A stretch of DNA of 13,089 nucleotides from Candidatus Aenigmatarchaeota archaeon (GTDB lineage: Archaea > Aenigmatarchaeota > Aenigmatarchaeia > QMZP01 > QMZT01): NCBI GenBank assembly GCA_043808015.1, contig JAZDFI010000022.1, positions 1-13,089 of the forward strand. The letters run 5' to 3'. This document shows, one piece after another, positions 6,547 through 13,089 of this stretch. Numbering within the stretch: the stretch's first letter is position 1; each line of letters opens with the position of its first letter. The position numbers and the translations under genes are program-made. Under the pieces are notes generated by a model that saw only the letters and a program-made list of their open reading frames with translations, was not told the origin of the DNA and ran no database searches.

Positions 6547-7572
6547 TTAGAAAATAGGGATATCCTTGGACAGGACTTCTGTCCTCTTCTTCTTTATTAA
6601 AATCACGTCTTCAATCCTTACGCCGCCAATACCCTTGATGTAAACGCCCGGCTCTATGGTCATCACAGCGTTCTCCGCGAGCGTCTCCCCGGCGGATTCG
6701 TGCACCGAAAGTCCAAGCCCGTGGCCGAGGCCGTGCAGCACCTTGTAGCTTTTTTTGGCGAAAAGCTTTTTCTGCAGCTCGTCCAGCTCGCTGTAGGCGG
6801 CGCCGGCGCGCGCGGCGTATATGAGCTCGTCGTGTATCTGCTTGACATCGTCATATATCTTCTTTTGCACAGGACCCAGTTTCGTGAAAAACATGCGCGT
6901 TATGTCGGAGCAATAACCATTGACGATGCAGCCCGTGTCGATAAGGACTGGCGCTTTTGCTTTCGCGAGCGCCTCGCCCGGCTTGTGATGGACGAACGCC
7001 GCCTGCTTGCCCGCGCAGACGATGGTCTCGAACGACTCGCTCACGCCGCGCTTCCTGTATTCTATCTCTATCGCGTCCGCGATCTGCTTTTCGCTGTTGC
7101 CCCAGAGGAAGCCGCCTACCGTCGCTAGCGTCTCGCCGGTCAGCCTTATCGCCTCTTTGACCTGCTCTATTTCGTATTCGTCTTTCTGGATGCGCGGCAG
7201 CTCCATTATCTTGGACGACGGCACGAGCCTCGCTTTCAGCTTTTTCTTCATGGCCCTGAAAAGCAGGAGGCTCAGCGAGCGCTCGTCGTATCCCATGCGC
7301 TTGAAGCCGCCGAGATTACGGATAAAGTCATCCTTGTCGCGGATGTATGCTATGTCCGGGTATTTCGCCGCGGCGTCGTTCTCAAGCGACGAGACGAAAA
7401 GCTTCGGCTTGCCGCTGTCGTGAAAAAGCATGAATACTCGGTCGTCTTTAAGACCGGCATATCCAGTGTAATAGAACACGTCGTGGGCGTCGGATGTTAT
7501 GACAGCGTCCAGGCCGCTTTTCTGAATCAGCGCTCTCAGGTGCCTTTGCCTCGCCGCGAAGTCTGGCTTCAT
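6547..7572 (-). CDS. pepQ: Xaa-Pro peptidase, M24B family (PepQ/PepP-like)
   Basis: Creatinase-like N-domain (YYTGY) and metal-binding motifs IDTG, YCSDITR, HGLGHGLGLSVHE, TIEPGVY, GVRIED. ATG 7572 is the likely start. Confidence 0.93.
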   Translation of the reverse strand: MKPDFAARQRHLRALIQKSGLDAVITSDAHDVFYYTGYAGLKDDRVFMLFHDSGKPKLFVSSLENDAAAKYPDIAYIRDKDDFIRNLGGFKRMGYDERSLSLLLFRAMKKKLKARLVPSSKIMELPRIQKDEYEIEQVKEAIRLTGETLATVGGFLWGNSEKQIADAIEIEYRKRGVSESFETIVCAGKQAAFVHHKPGEALAKAKAPVLIDTGCIVNGYCSDITRMFFTKLGPVQKKIYDDVKQIHDELIYAARAGAAYSELDELQKKLFAKKSYKVLHGLGHGLGLSVHESAGETLAENAVMTIEPGVYIKGIGGVRIEDVILIKKKRTEVLSKDIPIF

Positions 7573-7644
7573 ATAATATTCTTGGTCCAAGCCCACTAAA
7601 AAAGCATAGCGGATGCGTAAAGCTTAAATTCCATTAATTGAAGA

Positions 7645-7668
7645 TATTATAATCCTTATTATAATCCT
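7645..7668. repeat. 12-bp perfect tandem repeat (TATTATAATCCT x2) upstream of transketolase
   Basis: Read directly at 7645-7656 and 7657-7668. Confidence 0.85.
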
Positions 7669-7683
7669 AAAACGTGATGCCCC

Positions 7684-8508
7684 ATGAACTACAGCATTCC
7701 TGACATGAAAAAGCTAGCTACCGAGATAAGAAAGGACATAATCAGGATGACGTGCGAGGCCGGCAGCGGGCACCCGGGCGGCTCGCTTTCTGCCGTGGAA
7801 ATAATGGTTTCCCTTTACTTCAATGTCATGAAGCATGATCCTAAAAACCAGGCATGGGACGAACGCGATCGTTTCGTGCTTTCGAAAGGGCATGTCTGCC
7901 CCGTTCTTTATGCGTCGCTGGCGAGACGCGGCTACTTCCCGACTGACGAGCTGCTCACGCTAAGGAAGTTCGGCTCCCGCCTTCAGGGACATCCTCACAG
8001 GCTCAAGCTTAGCTGTCTCGAAACGTCTTCGGGTTCGCTCGGCCAGGGGCTGTCCATCGCTAGCGGAATGGCGATTGGCCTGCGCATGGACAAGAAAAGC
8101 CCGCGCGTCTACTGCCTGATGGGCGACGGTGAGCTGCAGGAAGGACAGGTATGGGAAGCTGCGATGACCGGCGCTCACTACAAGCTGGACAACCTCTGCG
8201 GCATCGTCGACGTGAATGGTTTGCAGATAGACGGCAAAACCAAGGACGTGAAAAATCTGGAGCCGCTCGCTGACAAGTGGAAGGCTTTCGGCTGGCATGC
8301 CATCGAAGTGGATGGCCACGACGTCGAGTCGCTGATCTCCGCGTTCCGCGAGGCGGAGAAAACCAAAGGAAAGCCGACGGTCATACTTGCAAAGACAGTC
8401 AAGGGCAAAGGCGTCTCCTTCATGGAGAACAAAGCCGAGTGGCACGGCAAGCCGCCAAGCAAGGAAGAAGCCGCCAAAGCCCTGAAAGAGCTTGGCGATA
8501 CGTGTTGA
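7684..8508 (+). CDS. tkt: Transketolase, N-terminal (TPP-binding) subunit
   Basis: SGHPGGSLS, RDRFVLSKGH, LQGHP, GSLGQGL, GDGE...WEA, TVKGKG, WHG. Confidence 0.97.
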   Translation: MNYSIPDMKKLATEIRKDIIRMTCEAGSGHPGGSLSAVEIMVSLYFNVMKHDPKNQAWDERDRFVLSKGHVCPVLYASLARRGYFPTDELLTLRKFGSRLQGHPHRLKLSCLETSSGSLGQGLSIASGMAIGLRMDKKSPRVYCLMGDGELQEGQVWEAAMTGAHYKLDNLCGIVDVNGLQIDGKTKDVKNLEPLADKWKAFGWHAIEVDGHDVESLISAFREAEKTKGKPTVILAKTVKGKGVSFMENKAEWHGKPPSKEEAAKALKELGDTC

Positions 8509-8518
8509 AGTGACGAAT

Positions 8519-9523
8519 ATGACAGAAAAAAAACCCGGACTGAACGAGGCGCTTCATCTCGCGCCCAACATTTATGACAAGGTCGAGAAGATACCCACGA
8601 GGAATGGCTTCGGCCACGGGCTCGTCGAGCTGGGCCACTCGAACAAGAACGTCGTCGCCCTTTGTGCTGACCTTTCGGATTCGACGCGCGCGCTCTGGTT
8701 CGCCGAGAAATTCCCCGACAGGTTCATCGAAGTGGGAATCTCGGAGCAGGACATGATGGGCATAGCTGCTGGACTGGCTGCCGTAGGCAAGATTCCATTC
8801 CTGAGCACGTATGGCGTATTCTCGACAGGACGCGCGTGGGACCAGATGAGGACGACGGTCGCATACGGCGACTTCAACGTCAAGATCGCCAGCGCGCACG
8901 GCGGCATCTCGGTAGGCGCGGACGGCGCGACCCACCAGTCGCTCGAGGAGATCGCCTTGTCGCGAGTGCTCCCGAACATGAAAGTCATAGTGCCTGCGGA
9001 CTACTGGGAGTCGAAGAAGGCGACTATCGCATCCGCCTCGATTCATGGTCCCATAGTCATACGCTTCGGCCGCGAGAAAGTGCCGGTCATAACGACAGAG
9101 AAGACGCCGTTCGTTTTCGGGAAAGCCGAAACGTTCAGGTTCGGGAGCGATGTCACGGTATTCGCCTGCGGCCCGATGGTTTACGAAGCGCTCATCGCAG
9201 CGAAAGCGCTGGAGAAGAAAGGCGTCGATGTGCGAGTCGTCAACATGCACACGGTCAAGCCGCTCGACGAGAAGGCGATAATAGACGCGGCTAGAGAGAC
9301 GGGAGCAATCGTCACTGCAGAAGAGCACCAGGTCAACGCGGGCTTCGGCTCCGCGATCGCGGAAGTCGTGGTCGAGCACTGCCCTGTGCCGATGAAACGC
9401 GTCGGAGTCATCGATCGCTTCGGCGAATCTGGCGAGCCGGACCAGCTCATGGTGGAATTCAATCTCAAGAGCGCGGACATAATCAGGGCTGTCGAGAACG
9501 TTCTCGAACGCAAGAAAAAATAA
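8519..9523 (+). CDS. tkt: Transketolase, C-terminal subunit
   Basis: ADLSDST, FPDRFIEVGISEQ, GADGATHQSLE, TVKPLD, AEEH, FGESG. ATG 8519 lies 10 nt after the N-subunit stop. Confidence 0.96.
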   Translation: MTEKKPGLNEALHLAPNIYDKVEKIPTRNGFGHGLVELGHSNKNVVALCADLSDSTRALWFAEKFPDRFIEVGISEQDMMGIAAGLAAVGKIPFLSTYGVFSTGRAWDQMRTTVAYGDFNVKIASAHGGISVGADGATHQSLEEIALSRVLPNMKVIVPADYWESKKATIASASIHGPIVIRFGREKVPVITTEKTPFVFGKAETFRFGSDVTVFACGPMVYEALIAAKALEKKGVDVRVVNMHTVKPLDEKAIIDAARETGAIVTAEEHQVNAGFGSAIAEVVVEHCPVPMKRVGVIDRFGESGEPDQLMVEFNLKSADIIRAVENVLERKKK

Positions 9524-9560
9524 TCTTTTCGTGAATGCAACATGCTCAAGGAAGTTTCTT

Positions 9561-10814
9561 ATGGACACTAGCGCGAGAATAGCTGAAAGGATGTCGAGGC
9601 TTGGAACCGAAACGGCGTTTTCCGTTTCTCTCGAGGCGCGCGAATTCGCCTGCAGCGGCAAAAAAATATATCCCTTCCACCTTGGCGACATGAACATCAG
9701 GACACCCAAGAAGATTATTGATGCGGCGAGGAAAGCGATGGAAGACGGCAAGACGGGCTACTGCCCAAGCGCGGGCATTCCCGAGCTTAGGGCGGCGCTG
9801 GCCAAAGACATGAGCAGCTCGCGCGGCATAAAGCTCACGGCGAAAAACGTATCGATACAGACGGGAGGCAAGCCGGTCATCATGAAGTTCGTCATGGCTT
9901 TCATGAATCCCGGGGACGAGGTGATGTACCCGAATCCCGGATACCCGATTTACGAGTCGCAGATACGCTTCCACGGAGGCATAGCGAAACCTTACGGCTT
10001 CAGGATGAGCGACAACGGATTCAGCCTGGATATGGAACAGCTCGAGAGGCTTGCCACTCCAAAGACGAAGCTGTTCATTTTCAACAACTACCACAATCCG
10101 ATGGGCGCGGAATCCGACCCTATGGAAATGAACAGGATTACCGAATTCTGCAAAAGGCACGACCTGCTCGTGCTGTGCGACGAGGCGTATTTCGACATAA
10201 CTTACGACGGAAAGCCCAAGAGCCTCGTTTCGTATCCGGGCATGGCCGAGCGCACGCTGATACTTTACACGTTCTCCAAGAAGTTCGCCATGACGGGCTG
10301 GCGGCTCGGGGCGGCGGTCGGCCCGGAATGGATGATAGAGCAGATTAACCGCCTGAACGTGAATGACGAGTCGTGCTCGAACCACTTCATCCAGTGGGCC
10401 GCTGTCGAGGCGCTCACGAACACTCAGAAGGAAACGCAGCAGATACTCGATACGCTGAAAAAACGCAGGGACCTTGCGTGCAAGATGCTCAACACCATAA
10501 AGGGCATCAGGGTTTTCAAGCCCAATTCGACGTTCTACGTCTTCCCCGACGTGACCGAAGCGATGCGCAATCTCGGTTTCAACGACGTCGAAAAGTTCAG
10601 GCGGTTCATACTGGAGACGACTGGCGTATCGTTCTGCACGCGCCGCCATTTCGGGACGCCGCTGGATGACGAGAAGCACGAGTTCATCCGCCTCGCTTAT
10701 TCAGGCATCGACCTGGAGGACATCAGGGAAGGCCTGGCGAAGATGAAAAGCGCGATTGAGAACCCGTCGGTTTCAAAAAAGTGGCTTTCCGAAAAAAAGC
10801 GCAAAGACGTCTGA
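9561..10814 (+). CDS. PLP-dependent aminotransferase class I/II (aspartate aminotransferase-like)
   Basis: YxxxxGIPELR, NPGDEV..PNPGYPIY, HNPMG, DEAY, FSKKFAMTGWRLG (PLP lysine), FYVFP, IRLAYS. Confidence 0.95.
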   Translation: MDTSARIAERMSRLGTETAFSVSLEAREFACSGKKIYPFHLGDMNIRTPKKIIDAARKAMEDGKTGYCPSAGIPELRAALAKDMSSSRGIKLTAKNVSIQTGGKPVIMKFVMAFMNPGDEVMYPNPGYPIYESQIRFHGGIAKPYGFRMSDNGFSLDMEQLERLATPKTKLFIFNNYHNPMGAESDPMEMNRITEFCKRHDLLVLCDEAYFDITYDGKPKSLVSYPGMAERTLILYTFSKKFAMTGWRLGAAVGPEWMIEQINRLNVNDESCSNHFIQWAAVEALTNTQKETQQILDTLKKRRDLACKMLNTIKGIRVFKPNSTFYVFPDVTEAMRNLGFNDVEKFRRFILETTGVSFCTRRHFGTPLDDEKHEFIRLAYSGIDLEDIREGLAKMKSAIENPSVSKKWLSEKKRKDV

Positions 10815-10857
10815 TGCTTCTGCCCGGATTTATAAAATTCTTAATTATATAATTTTT

Positions 10858-12123
10858 ATGAAAAATGTAGTTTTGGTTGCCATAGGCAAACAAAGAAGGA
10901 ACCATCATTTTTTTCCGCTTGCCTTATACTACCTTAAAGCGGCTCTTCTGGAGGACAAAAAAATCGCTGAAAAGATAAACATCGGCATCGAGGAGTTCAT
11001 GGTCGAGGATTCCGATGAACACATACTGAAACGCATTCTGGAGTCGAGACCTGAAATAATCGGTTTCTCCTGCTATGTGTGGAATATTGAGAAAATCCTC
11101 ACACTTTCTTCCAAGATCAAAAGCGAGAATAATAATGTGAAAATTGTGCTCGGAGGGCCCGAGACCAGTCCTATTGCCTCGCTGATACTCAGGCAAAATC
11201 ATGCCGTAGACATAATAGTGAGAGACGAGGGAGAAATAACGTTCAGGGAACTGGTAAAAATACATGTCCTGACATCCGGAAATTTTGCCGGTTTGAAAGG
11301 CATAACATTCAGGCATGGTAGCAAAATAATAGAAAACGTGAGAATGCCAATCATAAAAGATCTCAGCACCATACCTTCGCCTTTTTTGAAAGGCATAGTT
11401 GACATGGAAAAACACAATCTTTTCATTGGAATAGAGCCATGCAGGGGTTGTTATTTCAGATGCCGCTATTGTTTTTTCAGCAAGAAATACGATGGCGTAA
11501 GATATTTTCCTTCAAAGAGGATTGAGAGCGAGATAAAATATATACTCGACTTTGAGCCCAGGACATTCTACATGATGGACCCTTCGTTCGGGGTCAATAT
11601 GAGCATTTCTAACAAAATCTGCGATACAATTATAAAATACAACAGGAAAACGGCTTTTTTCGGAGAATTGCGCACAGAATTGATGACTAAAAAAATAGTG
11701 GCCAAAATGGAAAAAGCTAATTTCAAGGACATAGAGGTGGGGCTGCAAAGCACGAATAAAAAAGCACTGATAAAAATGGGAAGAAACCTGAACATGGAGA
11801 AGTTCATGAAAGGCTTCAGGCTGTTTGATAATACTGGCATCAGAATCGCCATCGACCTTATCGTGGGCCTGCCCGGAGACGATCTGGAACATTTCAAAAA
11901 ATCCATAGACTTCGTAAAGTCCTTGGGGCCCAAGTACACATATGCTTATCGCCTGATGGTTTTGCCGGGAACCTATTTTTATGAAAACGCGGATAAGATG
12001 GGACTTAAATTTCAGGAAAAAGCCCCGCACTACGTGACTGCGACAAGAACATTCAGCGAAAGCGATATAACGAAAGCCATGGTGCTTGGCATTAAAGCCA
12101 TGGAAAACAACAAGCTTCCATAA
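10858..12123 (+). CDS. B12-binding domain radical SAM protein (class B methyltransferase-like)
   Basis: PLALYYL, IIGFSCYVWN, VLGGPE, DEGE, RGCYFRCRYC (CxxxCxxC), VGLQS, DLIVGLPGD, VLPGT. ATG 10858 follows a TTTATAAA box near 10829. Confidence 0.93.
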   Translation: MKNVVLVAIGKQRRNHHFFPLALYYLKAALLEDKKIAEKINIGIEEFMVEDSDEHILKRILESRPEIIGFSCYVWNIEKILTLSSKIKSENNNVKIVLGGPETSPIASLILRQNHAVDIIVRDEGEITFRELVKIHVLTSGNFAGLKGITFRHGSKIIENVRMPIIKDLSTIPSPFLKGIVDMEKHNLFIGIEPCRGCYFRCRYCFFSKKYDGVRYFPSKRIESEIKYILDFEPRTFYMMDPSFGVNMSISNKICDTIIKYNRKTAFFGELRTELMTKKIVAKMEKANFKDIEVGLQSTNKKALIKMGRNLNMEKFMKGFRLFDNTGIRIAIDLIVGLPGDDLEHFKKSIDFVKSLGPKYTYAYRLMVLPGTYFYENADKMGLKFQEKAPHYVTATRTFSESDITKAMVLGIKAMENNKLP

Positions 12124-12233
12124 ATTACCGCCATTTTTTGTAAAATCTAAAATAAATACCAATAGATGGTGTAGATGTTATACTTGGTCCAATTTTTTAT
12201 ATGTGGTTATGATAGTATCAACATTCCCAAGAA

Positions 12234-12473
12234 GTGATGAAATTCGATATAAATAAATATGGTGAAAATATCGTAAAGAAAAAATTCGAGATGGAAATAG
12301 AAATCCCGAACAATTCGGAAGCTGAGTACAACCAGATTATCGAATGGGTCAACGCCAAGAACCACAACGACAGGTGGAAGTTCGTGAAGAAAACGGCGTC
12401 CAACAACGATTTCCTGATGTGGAAGCTGAAAAAAAAGATGGCAGCGAACAAACCTGTAATGTTTAAAGCCTGA
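12234..12473 (+). CDS. Small hypothetical protein (about 78 aa)
   Basis: Lys/Asn/Glu-rich natural-looking composition; AAGTGA SD-like sequence at the GTG/ATG start; T-tract downstream. No recognised motif. Confidence 0.55.
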   Translation: MMKFDINKYGENIVKKKFEMEIEIPNNSEAEYNQIIEWVNAKNHNDRWKFVKKTASNNDFLMWKLKKKMAANKPVMFKA

Positions 12474-12550
12474 ACCTGACCCATGCTTTTTATTTTACTA
12501 TCATATCCATACCAGTATTTTTACCAAAGCTTCGCCATTTTTTAGCATGT

Positions 12551-12557
12551 AAAAAAA
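12551..12557 (-). terminator. T7 terminator after tRNA-Pro
   Basis: TTTTTTT begins 5 nt after the discriminator base on the minus strand. Confidence 0.65.
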
Positions 12558-12561
12558 CCGA

Positions 12562-12720
12562 TGGGGCCGCTGGGATTCTCAAAGCCATTTTCCGTAAACG
12601 CTTTTGCGCTAAGCGGAAAGGGTTTATTTGAACCCAGGTCGCCAGCACCCCAAGCTGGAATGATCATGGCGTCAAGCTCAAAAGCTCGAGGATGACTAGA
12701 CCAAGCTACACTACGGCCCC
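12562..12720 (-). tRNA. tRNA-Pro(GGG) with two non-canonical introns: 33 nt at 20b/21 (12665-12697) and 51 nt at 59/60 (12576-12626); CCA not encoded
   Basis: Spliced 75-nt sequence GGGGCCGTAGTGTAGCTTGGTCT^ATCATTCCAGCTTGGGGTGCTGGCGACCTGGGTTCAAA^TCCCAGCGGCCCCA folds as a cloverleaf. Intron 1: helix TGGT/GCCA, cuts CT^A and TG^A, inner GTCA/TGAC. Intron 2: helix TTCA/TGAG, two AA^T bulges, outer CTGGG/CCCAG. Confidence 0.95.
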
Positions 12721-12837
12721 ACGGATTGTATCTTATTATAGAGCGTGAATATATTAATTATAGAGGCCGGGCATCCGGAAACGAAAGAAACCGCGCTCGA
12801 GAGCGGTGAAAGTATTTAAGCGGCCCGTGACAATACA

Positions 12838-13002
12838 ATGTCTCATATAAGAATCGCACTTAAACCGAGTGATATGATGAAAAACCTGGACATGATAGAC
12901 ATCAGGAAAACGGCAAATACGGGCAGGATAATAAGGATGCCGGAAGCGACGAGAAGGAAAGTCAAGGCCTTCCTCAACGAGGGCTACCAGTTAAGCTTTT
13001 AA
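12838..13002 (+). CDS. Putative small basic protein (54 aa, or 42 aa from ATG 12874), below the ORF-track cutoff
   Basis: MSHIRIALKPSDMMKNLDMIDIRKTANTGRIIRMPEATRRKVKAFLNEGYQLSF*; BRE/TATA-like gaaagTATTTAAG at 12808-12820; GAGTGAT SD-like sequence before the internal ATG. Confidence 0.5.
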   Translation: MSHIRIALKPSDMMKNLDMIDIRKTANTGRIIRMPEATRRKVKAFLNEGYQLSF

Positions 13003-13051
13003 AGCAATTACGCGATAAATAAAGACAAACCAGCGTTTAGGGGTTTTTGAT

Positions 13052-13089
13052 ATGATAATACCGATAAGATGCATGACTTGCGGCAAGCC
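13052..13089 (+). CDS. rpoN: Archaeal RNA polymerase subunit Rpo10 (N), 3'-truncated by the window edge
   Basis: Translates MIIPIRCMTCGK(P), matching the Rpo10/RPB10 N-terminal signature MIIPVRCFTCGK with the CxxC zinc ligands. Confidence 0.92.
   Translation, partial: MIIPIRCMTCGK

Noticed and set aside
10395-10404. TGGGCCGCTG as an att duplicate of the tRNA-Pro 3' end
   Set aside because: Only about 9 bp match, and it lies inside the intact aminotransferase CDS, far from the composition boundary.
7684-12123. Transketolase, aminotransferase and B12 radical SAM as one biosynthetic cluster
   Set aside because: The transketolase looks like the ordinary split pentose-phosphate enzyme, and the radical SAM gene has different composition and its own TATA box; no other pathway genes are present.
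418-12484. Many antisense or off-frame ORFs (e.g. 477-1160, 3010-3669, 4143-4781, 8420-9751, 9546-10679, 11512-12162, 12218-12484)
   Set aside because: They are shadows of well-supported genes and show no recognisable motifs.
12790-12807. Small hairpin ACCGC-N8-GCGGT upstream of the micro-ORF promoter
   Set aside because: Short stem with no T-tract or recognisable RNA motif; not enough to call a feature.

Overview
Archaeal chromosomal window, most consistent with a DPANN-type lineage (inference from CxDSDGG Cys-rich surface repeats, split transketolase, archaeal TATA/BRE promoters, Rpo10 and intron-rich tRNAs). Coding content: a 5'-truncated membrane protein, an ArsB/NhaD-type transporter, a small membrane protein, an NhaP (CPA1) antiporter, a Cys-rich repeat lipoprotein, a free-standing two-motif LAGLIDADG protein, a PRC-barrel (CdpB-like) protein, an M24 Xaa-Pro peptidase, split transketolase, a class I/II aminotransferase, a low-GC B12-binding radical SAM gene, two small ORFs and the start of rpoN (Rpo10). 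The ORF track misses three minus-strand tRNA genes carrying four BHB-type introns: Gly(CCC) at 37/38, Ser(GCT) at 29/30, and Pro(GGG) at both 20b/21 and 59/60. The best candidate for an undescribed system is the LAGLIDADG gene with a degenerate second catalytic motif, whose stop codon lies inside the intron-bearing tRNA-Ser gene. All calls are by eye; no database searches were run.
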